NCBI GenBank assembly: GCA_035504595.1 | Contig: DATJRQ010000006.1 | Span: 39,366 to 103,365 of the forward strand | Length of the DNA: 64,000 nucleotides | Direction: 5' to 3' | Source of the DNA: Thermoplasmata archaeon | Lineage (GTDB): Archaea > Thermoplasmatota > Thermoplasmata > Lutacidiplasmatales > UBA184 | Shown: positions 17,413 through 26,059 of the stretch, one piece after another | Layout: every line of letters begins with the position of its first letter | Numbering within the stretch: the stretch's first letter is position 1 | Position numbers and translations under genes: made by a program | The notes under the pieces: model-generated | Told to the model about the DNA's origin: nothing | Database searches by the model: none | Seen by the model: the letters and a program-made list of their open reading frames with translations, nothing else

Positions 17413-18456
17413 TCAGACCGAAACGCCCGGGTGGAACAGTGCGATGAGCTCGGGCAGGCCCTCCAGGATCATGGTCGGGTCGGGTTCGGTAAGGTAGTTC
17501 GAGTCCATCCCGTAGAGATGGCCATTCTGGGTAGCGTTGAGCTCCGACCAGAACGGCGCGGACTGGTACGATGCGAGGTTGAGCCCGTACCCGACCCCGT
17601 AGACCACGAACTGGGGGTTGTCGACCAGCACCACCTCGCCCGGCAGCTCGGGGTACGGGAGGGTCGCGTTCGCCGCGATGTTCGTCGCGTCGGCGAGCTC
17701 GATCAGTGACTCCCCGAACGTCCCCGGGCCGTACGTCCAGTAGCCGTTGCTGTCCGTGCTGTACGTGACGAGCACGGTGGGGAACAGGGCCCCCGAGTCC
17801 GTGAGGTTGGTGGCCAACGTGGTCGCGGCCCCCAGCTCGACCTGCAGTTGCTGGTTGATCGCGCTCGCGTTCGACGCGAGCCCAAAGATCGTCCCGAGGA
17901 GCGACACATCGACCTCGATACCGCTCAGTGTCGCGGGCTGCAGCATTACCACGGGGATGTTGTACGTGGTCGAGATCGTCTCGACGGCCAAGACGGAGAC
18001 GATCGTCGTCGCGATCACGAGCGTCGGTGTGTCGTTGACCAGCGCCTCGAAGTCGAAGGTCGGGTCGATCTGAACGCACATCGACTGCGACAGGTTCCAA
18101 AGTGCGACCTGGTCGGGGGAGTAGTCGGCGGTCAGCCCGCCGAACGCGGCCGCGTAGCAGTCGACCCCGACGATGTGCGAACGAAGGCCCAAGCGATACA
18201 TCGAGTCCACGATGCTCGGTCCGAGCACCACGACGCGCGCCGGGTCGCGCGGAACCTCGACGGTCCGACCGAGGTCATCGGTGACGGTCAGGTCCCCGGG
18301 GGCGCCGGCGGCCTTCGGCGTGTACAGGAGGGCCGTAATGGCCACCGCGGCTCCGGCAACAACGATCAAAGCGACCACGAAGAGGGCCACCGGGACGGTG
18401 CGGGTGGGCTTCACCGGCGGAGCGGCGGACGGCGGGGGTCCTGCGTTCAACGTCAT
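17413..18456 (-). CDS. ABC substrate-binding protein (FepB/BtuF-like cluster), N-terminally membrane anchored
   Basis: C-terminal 347 aa of track ORF 17413..19317, from ATG 18456. One N-terminal TM helix, then ...TVTDDLGRTVEVPRDPARVVVLGPSIVDSMYRLGL...IVGVD. Contains several N-x-S/T sequons. Confidence 0.7.
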   Translation of the reverse strand: MTLNAGPPPSAAPPVKPTRTVPVALFVVALIVVAGAAVAITALLYTPKAAGAPGDLTVTDDLGRTVEVPRDPARVVVLGPSIVDSMYRLGLRSHIVGVDCYAAAFGGLTADYSPDQVALWNLSQSMCVQIDPTFDFEALVNDTPTLVIATTIVSVLAVETISTTYNIPVVMLQPATLSGIEVDVSLLGTIFGLASNASAINQQLQVELGAATTLATNLTDSGALFPTVLVTYSTDSNGYWTYGPGTFGESLIELADATNIAANATLPYPELPGEVVLVDNPQFVVYGVGYGLNLASYQSAPFWSELNATQNGHLYGMDSNYLTEPDPTMILEGLPELIALFHPGVSV

Positions 18457-18522
18457 TGGATTCCAGACAAACAGACTTTCACATAAGCGTTGCCGACGGG
18501 CCCGCAACGCGAAACGACAAAG

Positions 18523-18528
18523 GATATC
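18523..18528 (+). promoter_or_regulatory. TATA-like box upstream of tRNA-Trp
   Basis: acaaagGATATCtt is centred ~29 nt upstream of tRNA position 1 (18555). Confidence 0.3.
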
Positions 18529-18554
18529 TTCGCGAAGACTGACCCTCGCTGGGA

Positions 18555-18719
18555 GGGAGCATAGGCTAACTTGGCAGACCAGCGGGCTCCAGTCAGGGCG
18601 CCGTCCTCGGTGCCCTGTGATTAACGGGTCTGCGGAGGAACGCGTCTCGCGTTCCCGTGACGATTGACTGGAGCGCGCGGAGAGACCCGCATATGGGGGT
18701 TCAAATCCCCCTGCTCCCA
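18555..18719 (+). tRNA. tRNA-Trp (anticodon CCA) with a 92-nt intron at canonical position 37/38
   Basis: Acceptor GGGAGCA/TGCTCCC is perfect, with discriminator A. T-arm is GGGGG-TTCAAAT-CCCCC. Anticodon stem is GCGGG (18582-86) / CCCGC (18686-90), with loop CU-CCA-G | intron | A. The D-stem has one C:A mismatch. CCA is not encoded. Confidence 0.8.
18593..18684 (+). ncRNA. tRNA-Trp intron with box C/D-like guide elements
   Basis: C-box-like heptamers GTGATTA (18617-23) and GTGACGA (18657-63) are each followed by a guide-like stretch and then CGGA (18633-36, 18678-81). The guides are complementary to the anticodon loop and to the position 38-42 region of the same pre-tRNA. Confidence 0.5.
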
Positions 18720-18731
18720 CCTCCCGCCGGT

Positions 18732-19994
18732 CTAGTAGCGCATGCGCCGGACGCCCGGTAGAGCGAACGCGAGAGCCCCGGCCAGCAGGAACCCGATGCC
18801 CACCACGGTCCCGAGGGTCGTCGGGTTTCCGCCGAGCGCGACATCGCTGATGACGAGCGCCCCGATCGAACCGCTGATCCCCGGGAAAAGATACATGTTC
18901 GAGAACAGCCGGCCGATCTGCTCGGGCGCGACCGAGCCCCGGAAGAAGACGAACTTCGCGCTCGAGTACGCGGTGGTCGTCACCCCGACGACGAACCACG
19001 CGACCGCCGCGAGGACCAGGACCGGAGGCAGCGTGACCGCAACCAGGTACGCTCCGCCGGCAACGACCAGGGAGGCACCGAGCACCAGACCCACGCGATC
19101 CCGCGGGTTCCACGACCCGAGCGCGAGCCCGGCGACGACCCCTCCCACCACCGAGGCCGTGAACAGGAGCGCGTAGCCGAGGGTCGAGTCGGCGTACTCC
19201 ACGGTGGCGACGAGGGCGATCAGGATCGCGGTCGCGCTGACGAAGAACCCCTCGATCGCGTCGACGGCCGCGAGCTGCAGGAGCGGTCGGCCGATCCCCC
19301 CGAAGACGAGCTTCCAACCGTCGCGGAAGCTCTCGAAGAAGGTCGAGGGCGTCGTCGCGGGCGGCGCGATATGGAGCGGCAGTGCGAGCGCCGCTGCCGC
19401 CAGCAGGAGTCCGGCATACAGGTACATTCCCCCCTCGGCACCGACGACGAGCAGCAGTACCCCGCCCACGCCGTAGCCGACGATCGTGACCGCCCCACCG
19501 ATCGCCCCGGAGAGCCCCGATGCGGCGAACTGCTCGTCTGCGGAGAGTAGCACGCCGGGCGCGGCATTCTGCGCCGCCCAGCTCATGTCCCAGAGGAGGG
19601 AGACCCCGGCGACGAGGGCGAGCAGCAGCTCGATCGTGAGGAACCGGTCGTGGTAGCCGACCCCGATCACCGCCACGGCGAGGGCCTGTACCGGGTACGA
19701 CAGCAGGAAGATCGTCCGCTGGTTCTTCACACGGTCGACGAACGGACCGACCAGGAACGTCGCCGTGTAGCAGGCGTACTCGACGAAGAGAACCGCCCCG
19801 ACGTCGAGGAAGTTATGGAAGAGAGTGACGGTCAACCAGACGATCGAGATCGTGTAGACGGAGTAGCCCACCGTGGAAGCGTTCGAGGAGGCGAGGAAGA
19901 CGAGGTACTGTCGGTTCCGGAGGACGACGCGATACGCCCCCTCCTTCGGACCGTCCGTGAACGCCCCCTCCCCGCTCGCCGCAGCACGCGGCAC
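18732..19994 (-). CDS. MFS transporter
   Basis: 420 aa with ~12 predicted hydrophobic helices. Contains the loop motif GPFVDRVKNQR between TM2 and TM3. Confidence 0.75.
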   Translation of the reverse strand: MPRAAASGEGAFTDGPKEGAYRVVLRNRQYLVFLASSNASTVGYSVYTISIVWLTVTLFHNFLDVGAVLFVEYACYTATFLVGPFVDRVKNQRTIFLLSYPVQALAVAVIGVGYHDRFLTIELLLALVAGVSLLWDMSWAAQNAAPGVLLSADEQFAASGLSGAIGGAVTIVGYGVGGVLLLVVGAEGGMYLYAGLLLAAAALALPLHIAPPATTPSTFFESFRDGWKLVFGGIGRPLLQLAAVDAIEGFFVSATAILIALVATVEYADSTLGYALLFTASVVGGVVAGLALGSWNPRDRVGLVLGASLVVAGGAYLVAVTLPPVLVLAAVAWFVVGVTTTAYSSAKFVFFRGSVAPEQIGRLFSNMYLFPGISGSIGALVISDVALGGNPTTLGTVVGIGFLLAGALAFALPGVRRMRY

Positions 19995-20074
19995 GACCTA
20001 AGAACCTCGAGGATTCACAAACCGTCCCCCGGAGTACCTGACGTCTCAAATACCGGGAAGACGAAACCCCCGCC

Positions 20075-20476
20075 GTGCTCGAATACACCGGGATCCGGGT
20101 GCGCGACATGGCCCGCTCGATCCGGTTCTATGCCGAAGGTCTCGGGCTCCGTCTCGGGCCGTCGGGTCGGATGGCCGCCGGCGGGCTGTGGCAGGAGCTC
20201 AAGGACCCGGACTCCGGTGCCGTTCTCGAGTTGAACTTCTATCCGGGCGACCCCCCGTACCGCGAGGGGGACGAGCTCGACCACCTGGGGTTCCGCGTGG
20301 ACAGCGTCGACGACGCGATTCGCCGGCTGGAACCGCTGGGCGGTCGCGTTCGGATCCCGGCGTTCTCGGAAGGCGACGAACGCCTCGCCTTCCTGTCCGA
20401 CCCCGACGGCGTGTGGGTCGAGCTGTACGAGACGCGCGCCGAAGAGGTCCCGCCGACCTCCCGCGGCGGCGGCTAG
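20075..20476 (+). CDS. VOC family protein (glyoxalase I-like)
   Basis: 133 aa. Reads ...HTGIRVRDMARSIRFYAEGLGL...LELN...HLGFRVDSVDDAIRRLE..GG...LAFLSDPDGVWVELYE, a typical glyoxalase/bleomycin-resistance fold. GTG start. Confidence 0.75.
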   Translation: MLEYTGIRVRDMARSIRFYAEGLGLRLGPSGRMAAGGLWQELKDPDSGAVLELNFYPGDPPYREGDELDHLGFRVDSVDDAIRRLEPLGGRVRIPAFSEGDERLAFLSDPDGVWVELYETRAEEVPPTSRGGG

Positions 20477-20542
20477 CGGGGAAAGCGCGTCTTCCACCCC
20501 AGTCCATAAGAAGGGTACCCCGCCTCCGTCTCTCGGTCGTCC

Positions 20543-22288
20543 TTGGATCCATCGAGCCCTGCGACGGGGACTCCGGCAGCGGTCCCCGCGGTCCCGAAGC
20601 AGGCGGTCTCGCTGACCCTCAGTTCCGGCGCAGTGTTCACCGCCCAACTGCTGACGCAGCTGATCGGATTCATCGGCACGCTGTTCTTCTACAAGCGATT
20701 CGGGCTTTCCGGACCCGGCATCGAGCTGCTCGGCACGGTCCAGTTCTTTCTCCTGATCGGGTCCTCGATCAACGGGATCGGGGATCTCCGGCTCGGCACC
20801 GCGTACACCTTCTTCCTCGCCCGCGGAAAAAAGCCGGCGGACAACACCACCGTCTACCTCCTGTTCCGCATGTTGATGGTCGCCCTCGCCGGGGCAACGC
20901 TCTTCGCGCTCGCCCCGTCGGTCGGCCTCACGACGAGCCAGGTCGAACTGACCTCGCTCGGTATCTTCGTCGCGCTGCCGGTGCTCTGGTCCTTCTCGAC
21001 CGTGTACAACCAGCTGTACATCGGGCTCGGCAACTCCGTTCGCGCGCAGTACCCGTCGCTCATCGAGGCGTGCGCGCGACTTCCGTTCATCGTCTACGCG
21101 GTGTACTACAACCCCACGATCCTGGGAATGACCGCGGCGTACGTGGCGGGAGCCACGGCGTCCGCGATCTTCTCCGCTCCGGCGGTCGTCCGCCAGATGC
21201 AGAAGTTCTCGTGGCCCGAGGTCCGGACGCTCTTTCTGTTCGCCTGGCCGCTGATGGGCGCGCTGGTCCTGAACTATCTCGTCACGAACATGATCCCCCT
21301 CCTGGTCGAGGTGGGGCTCGGACGGTCCAACCTGTCGATCTTCCTGGCCGCGAACGGGTGGCGGGTCCTGGTTCTCTCGTTGCCCGCCGCGGTCGGCACG
21401 CCGTTGTTCCCGTACATCGCCGGTTTACACAAGCAGGAGAAGTTCCAGGCCGTTCGAGAGGGGATCTGGCAAGCGTTACGGTACACGTCGATCCTCCTCG
21501 TACCGGGCGTGCTCGCTCTCGTCGTGTATCGGACGAATTTCCTGCTCGTCTTCTCCACCGCCCGCTACGCCGGGCCGGGCGCAACCCCCCTCGCGATTCT
21601 GGTGGTCGCCGCGATCCCGCTCGCGCTCAGCCAGATCATCCAGACCACCCTGGGGTCGATCGGACGACAGCGCCTGGAGCTGTACTTGACCGGCCTCCAG
21701 GTGGCCGTGCTCGTCGCGGCGGTCCTGCTGTTCCTGCCACCGTGGGGGATCTTCCCCGCCAGCGAGGGGCTGGTCGCCGCGTCGGTCGCCGTCCTCTTGT
21801 CCTCGATCGCCGCGTTCGCGCTCAACACGTACTTCCTCGAGAAGCTGGTTCGGGTCCGGATCCAGGTCCGCTCGATCCTCGGCATCACGGCGAGCGCGAT
21901 CGTCGCGTTCGGGGCGATCTCCCGATTGAACAAGTATCTCCCCGTGAACACCTCCTACGAACTGCTCGGCGTGGTCCTCCTCTGTTTTGCGGTCTACTTT
22001 GTCGTGCTGGCGGCCGTCGGGGAACTGTCGAAGGAGGACGTCCGGCGGATCGGAGGGTCGATCGGATTCCCGCCCCGCCTGGTCGAGACGCTGGCGAAAC
22101 TGTGCTGGCGACAGAGCTCCCCGGGCCTCCCGCCCGTGGACCTTTCGCGGGCGCCCGGCCTGCGACCGCTCACGAGCACCGAGCTCCCCGAAACGTTCAC
22201 CGGCACCCGGGAGCTCCCCGATATTGGGACCCCCACCGACGAAGAACTGTCCGAGCTCGACCTTCCACCGGACCGCCCGGAACCGTAG
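20543..22288 (+). CDS. MOP/Wzx-type polysaccharide (oligosaccharide) flippase with C-terminal Pro/acidic tail
   Basis: 581 aa with ~12-14 TM helices. Polysaccharide-biosynthesis-protein-like N-terminus (...LLTQLIGFIGTLFFYKRFG..G...LG). Starts at TTG 20543, or alternatively GTG 20633. Confidence 0.65.
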   Translation: MDPSSPATGTPAAVPAVPKQAVSLTLSSGAVFTAQLLTQLIGFIGTLFFYKRFGLSGPGIELLGTVQFFLLIGSSINGIGDLRLGTAYTFFLARGKKPADNTTVYLLFRMLMVALAGATLFALAPSVGLTTSQVELTSLGIFVALPVLWSFSTVYNQLYIGLGNSVRAQYPSLIEACARLPFIVYAVYYNPTILGMTAAYVAGATASAIFSAPAVVRQMQKFSWPEVRTLFLFAWPLMGALVLNYLVTNMIPLLVEVGLGRSNLSIFLAANGWRVLVLSLPAAVGTPLFPYIAGLHKQEKFQAVREGIWQALRYTSILLVPGVLALVVYRTNFLLVFSTARYAGPGATPLAILVVAAIPLALSQIIQTTLGSIGRQRLELYLTGLQVAVLVAAVLLFLPPWGIFPASEGLVAASVAVLLSSIAAFALNTYFLEKLVRVRIQVRSILGITASAIVAFGAISRLNKYLPVNTSYELLGVVLLCFAVYFVVLAAVGELSKEDVRRIGGSIGFPPRLVETLAKLCWRQSSPGLPPVDLSRAPGLRPLTSTELPETFTGTRELPDIGTPTDEELSELDLPPDRPEP

Positions 22289-22434
22289 CCCCCCGGGACC
22301 GCCGGGCGGATTGTCACGCCGTGCGCTACTTTGTCACCCCGAGGGAATAACCGACCGCTCGGCCGAAACTGTCGCTGCGAGCGCGTCAGAGAGCTTATGG
22401 GCTCGGGCCCGGTCCTTCTCGTGAGGCACCGCCC

Positions 22435-22833
22435 ATGTCCGTCCACGTTGAGATGCGCCCGGCCGCCGTCGAGCAAGTGAAGACCCTCATCCGCGGGCAG
22501 AAGCCCGAGATCGGGGTCCGGGTGTACGCTCAGCCCGGGGGCGGAGGCTGCTGCGGCGGCGGGAGCGCGGTCCAGTTCGGACTCGCCTTCGCGAAGCCGC
22601 GCTCGGACGACGAGGTCCTCAAGGTCGAGGGATTCGCGCTGCTGGTCGACCCGACCAGCACGAAGTTCGTCGACGGGGCGGTCATCGACTATGTCGAGGA
22701 CCTGAAGCAATCCGGATTCAAGATCACGAACCCCACGCTCCCCGAGCCCGACGCGGCCGGCCTCTCGGGTGGATGCGGGTCCTGCGGAAGCAACTCCGAG
22801 AACGGCGGCGGTTGCGGCTGCGGTGGCCACTAG
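22435..22833 (+). CDS. HesB/IscA-family iron-sulfur cluster insertion protein with Gly/Cys-rich insert and tail
   Basis: 132 aa. Reads ...GVRVYAQPGGGGCCGGGSAVQFGLAF...LLVDPTSTKFVDGAVIDYVEDLKQSGFKITNP...GGCGCGGH (IscA Cys and C-terminal CGCG motif). Confidence 0.75.
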   Translation: MSVHVEMRPAAVEQVKTLIRGQKPEIGVRVYAQPGGGGCCGGGSAVQFGLAFAKPRSDDEVLKVEGFALLVDPTSTKFVDGAVIDYVEDLKQSGFKITNPTLPEPDAAGLSGGCGSCGSNSENGGGCGCGGH

Positions 22834-22969
22834 ACGGACGGTCTTCGACGACGACCCCATCGCCATCGGCGAGGTCGCTGTCGTGCGCCGGGATTCCACG
22901 GCGCGCGACGTACGCATCGGTTTCGGAACTCCGCTCGGTTAAGTATCGCGCTTCGGTCCTCGCCCGCCC

Positions 22970-23896
22970 ATGAGCGGGGAGGCCCTCCGGAGCGTCGACC
23001 TCCGCAAGATCTACGAGTCGCGGGGCACCGCCCCCGTCGAGGCGCTCAGCGGCGTCTCGATGGAGGTGCGGCGGGGTGAGCGCGTCGCGCTGCTCGGCCG
23101 GAACGGCGCCGGAAAGACGACGTTCCTCAAGATCGCCTCCACGCTCCTGCGGCCCACCTCGGGGTCGGTCGAGGTGTTCGGGGTCGACATCGCGCGCTCG
23201 CCCGAGAAGGCGCGGCCGTACATCGCGGTCGTTCCCCAGGAAGGGAAGCCGTTCTTTCACCTCTCGCCCCGGGAGCAGATCTACACGTACCTCCGGGCCC
23301 GCGGATTCTCCCGCGAGACCGCGAAGGCGCGGACCGAGGATGCGGTGGAGCGGATGGGCCTGTCCAGCTGCGCCGACCGGCTCTCGGTCACGCTTTCCGG
23401 TGGCCAGCGGCAGCGCACGATGGTGGCGACGGTCATCGCGACCGAGGCGCCGCTCCTGTTCCTGGACGAGCCGACGATCGGCATGGACCCATTCGCCCGG
23501 CGGGACGTATGGGCCTCCCTGCGCTCGCTCACGCAGAAGGGGTCCACGATCCTGCTCACCACCCACTACCTCGACGAGGCCGAAGTGCTCAGCCACCGGC
23601 TCTACATCGTCGAGCAGGGGCGGGTCCTTTCGAGCGGCACCGCGGACGACCTGAAGCGTTCGGTCGGTGGCACGCTCAAGGTGCAGATGCCCGAGGGCGC
23701 GGCTCAGGTCGAGCGGTTCCGATCGTTCGGGCACTGCGTCATCGACGGCAAAGCGCTCACCGTGATCCTCGGCCCGGATGTGCTCGGGGAGCTGATGGAC
23801 GTGGCCGTGAAGTCCCAGTTGATGGCGACCGTCGGCCCGGTGACGCTCGAAGAAGCGTTCCTTCGCGCGGTAGGGCGGTCGATCGATGCCGAATGA
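22970..23896 (+). CDS. ABC transporter ATP-binding protein (ABC-2/DrrA-type exporter)
   Basis: 308 aa. Contains GRNGAGKTT, LSGGQRQR, LFLDEPTIGMDP and THYLDEAE. Confidence 0.85.
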   Translation: MSGEALRSVDLRKIYESRGTAPVEALSGVSMEVRRGERVALLGRNGAGKTTFLKIASTLLRPTSGSVEVFGVDIARSPEKARPYIAVVPQEGKPFFHLSPREQIYTYLRARGFSRETAKARTEDAVERMGLSSCADRLSVTLSGGQRQRTMVATVIATEAPLLFLDEPTIGMDPFARRDVWASLRSLTQKGSTILLTTHYLDEAEVLSHRLYIVEQGRVLSSGTADDLKRSVGGTLKVQMPEGAAQVERFRSFGHCVIDGKALTVILGPDVLGELMDVAVKSQLMATVGPVTLEEAFLRAVGRSIDAE

Positions 23897-24650
23897 CGCG
23901 GCGTACGGCCCGTCCCGGCCGTTCGCGGGCACGCTGGCGTTCCTGTGGACCGAGGTGCTCGTCCAGGGGAACGAGCGGATGGCGATGCTCACGTCGATGG
24001 TCGTCCCGGGGATCATCCTGATCTTCGTCCTGATCCTGAACCCGGCGCTGTTCTCGATCGCTCTGGTCGGCGCGATCATCTTCTCGACGTTCACGATGGG
24101 GCAGCGCGTCCTGAACGAAGCAGCGTACCTGCGGATCGACCACAAGGCGACCGACCTCTATCTCGCCGGGCCGATGATGCCGGAGTCGTACTTCCTCGGC
24201 ATGTCGGTCGGGATCCTCGTCATCTACCTCACGCCGACCGTGTTCCTCGGCATCCTGGCGGCGATCGTCGTGCCGCTCGACCTCGAGGTGGGGCTCCTGC
24301 TGCTCGCGCTCGCGGCGACGGTCTGGCTGTTCGCGGCGAGCACCGGCTACATCTTCTCGACGTTCTTCCTCGACAACCGCGCGATCTGGGCGTACTCGAG
24401 CCTGTTCTTCAACATCTTCGGGGTCCTGATGCCGGTGTTCTACCCCCTCGGCCTGTTCCCGGCCGCCGTGCGGCCGATCGCGCTGCTCCTTCCGCCGAGC
24501 GCGGCGGCGGCGCTCGTGCAGTCGGCGATCGGCGCGACGACCCTCTCCTCGGACCAGATCGTTCTCGCGGTCACGGGCCTCGGGGTCGAGACCGTGGCGG
24601 TCTTCCTGTTCGCGATCTACTGGGCACGGCGGACCGTGCGGGCGGCGTAG
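23886..24650 (+). CDS. ABC-2 type transporter permease
   Basis: 254 aa, six hydrophobic helices. The start overlaps the ATPase gene by 11 nt. Confidence 0.7.
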   Translation: MPNDAAYGPSRPFAGTLAFLWTEVLVQGNERMAMLTSMVVPGIILIFVLILNPALFSIALVGAIIFSTFTMGQRVLNEAAYLRIDHKATDLYLAGPMMPESYFLGMSVGILVIYLTPTVFLGILAAIVVPLDLEVGLLLLALAATVWLFAASTGYIFSTFFLDNRAIWAYSSLFFNIFGVLMPVFYPLGLFPAAVRPIALLLPPSAAAALVQSAIGATTLSSDQIVLAVTGLGVETVAVFLFAIYWARRTVRAA

Positions 24651-25433
24651 TTGGCGACGGCGGTAGACGAGTTCCCGAACGTCCCGACGCGGGGCCGTGC
24701 GCTGCCGGCGTTCGGGGTCGTGGGCTGGCGGTGGATCTCGCGCAACCCGGCGGTCGCGATCACCCCCGTGCTCCTGCCGTTCATCTTCCTGTACTTTCTC
24801 TCGCTGATCAGCCCGCCGTCCCTCCTTCCCCTCGAGATCGTCGGCGCGATGCTGTTCACGATGCAGAACATCGGGAGCTGGACCCTCGGCGACAGTGCGT
24901 TCTGGCGGATCGAGTGCTCGCTCCAGGACATGTTCGTGGCAAGTCCGCTCTCCCGGATCCGGTACCTGTTCGGGATCGCGTTCTCGAACCTGATCGCGAT
25001 GCTACCGGCCCTCGCGGTGCTCCTCGTGCTGCTTTCCTACGTCGGTCCCCAGCACGGGTACCCGTTCACCCCGCTCGCGGGGCTCTCCCTGTTCGCCGGT
25101 CTGTTCACCCTCTGGATCCTCTTCTCGTCCATCGGGATCGCGATCTCGAGCCGGATCCAGACCCAGCGCGAGATCTGGCCGGTGGGCAACCTGACGTTCA
25201 CGATCCTCGGCATGCTCTCGCCGTTGTACTACCCGCTCACGGCTCTCCCGCCGTTGTGGCAGGACGTCGCGCGGTTCCTCCCCACGACGTACGCGGCGCT
25301 GCTGGTCCAGGGCGCGCTCGGGATCACCCCGGCGACCCCGCTGCAGATGGGGTTCTACGCGGGTCTCCTCGCGCTGTGCGCGCTGGCCGGACTCACGATC
25401 ACGCTTCGGCTGTACAAGTGGGGCGACGCGTGA
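24651..25433 (+). CDS. ABC-2 type transporter permease (second subunit)
   Basis: 260 aa polytopic protein. TTG start lies immediately after the TAG of the preceding permease. Confidence 0.7.
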   Translation: MATAVDEFPNVPTRGRALPAFGVVGWRWISRNPAVAITPVLLPFIFLYFLSLISPPSLLPLEIVGAMLFTMQNIGSWTLGDSAFWRIECSLQDMFVASPLSRIRYLFGIAFSNLIAMLPALAVLLVLLSYVGPQHGYPFTPLAGLSLFAGLFTLWILFSSIGIAISSRIQTQREIWPVGNLTFTILGMLSPLYYPLTALPPLWQDVARFLPTTYAALLVQGALGITPATPLQMGFYAGLLALCALAGLTITLRLYKWGDA

Positions 25434-25606
25434 CCCGAAAGTTAGCAAACGTTCAAGCGCAGTGGCGTCATGCTCTCCTTGGTGCGCCCCCCGACGAACG
25501 GACTCTACGGATTGTGCCCCACCCCCGACGTTCCGGGGGAGTCGATTCTGACGTGTCCCCCTCCCGCCACGACCCGTTCCCGAGGACGGGGGGACGCTGA
25601 ATCTCC

Positions 25607-25924
25607 ATGAGCAACGACGAGTTCGACGAGATCCTCTCCGCGCTCGACCGCGAGACCGCGCGCATCCGAGTGCGGGCCGAGCCGCGCCGGTACAACAAAC
25701 CCGCGACCGTGATCAGCGGTTTCCCTCCCGGGGTCGACCTCGCGGAGACGACGCGATCCCTGAAGAACCGACTCGCCACCGGCGGCTCGGTGGTCGACGG
25801 CGAGGTGTACCTGCAGGGCGACCACCGGTCCCGCATCCGGGACGAGCTCGCCAAACTCGGGTTCGACCCGGAGACGGTCGAGGTGTCGGATGCGCCCCTT
25901 CCGAAGCGCGGTCGCCGCGGCTAG
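25607..25924 (+). CDS. sui1: translation initiation factor aIF1 (SUI1)
   Basis: 105 aa. Reads ...IRVRAEPRRYNKPATVISGF......LKNRLATGGSV.DGE..LQGDHR, the SUI1 fold signature. Confidence 0.85.
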   Translation: MSNDEFDEILSALDRETARIRVRAEPRRYNKPATVISGFPPGVDLAETTRSLKNRLATGGSVVDGEVYLQGDHRSRIRDELAKLGFDPETVEVSDAPLPKRGRRG

Positions 25925-26059
25925 CGTCTCGAACCGCTGTAATTGCGTGTATGGGGGGCTTGCAGCCACAGTTTCCGCGTCCACATCGGTCACCTCGGCG
26001 CCGATTGTGCGGGACGTTGAGGGTATAACCGCGCGCGGCTCCGACCGACCGGAGTACCC

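Noticed and set aside
18593-18684. tRNA-Trp intron considered as an independent gene, or the tRNA considered a pseudogene because of its length and a D-stem C:A mismatch
   Set aside because: The acceptor stem, anticodon stem and T-arm are perfect once the 92 nt at position 37/38 are removed. Long introns at this site are the rule for euryarchaeal tRNA-Trp. I therefore kept it as an intron-containing functional tRNA.
25434-25606. 173-nt region upstream of aIF1 with a GC-rich nested hairpin (GTCCCCC…GGGGGAC, ~25554-25595) and a 27-codon ATG ORF (25477-25560), considered as uORF, riboswitch or sRNA
   Set aside because: The hairpin is asymmetric and its G/C runs are expected by chance at this GC content. 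The mini-ORF has no recognisable features and no conservation can be assessed, so the evidence is insufficient.
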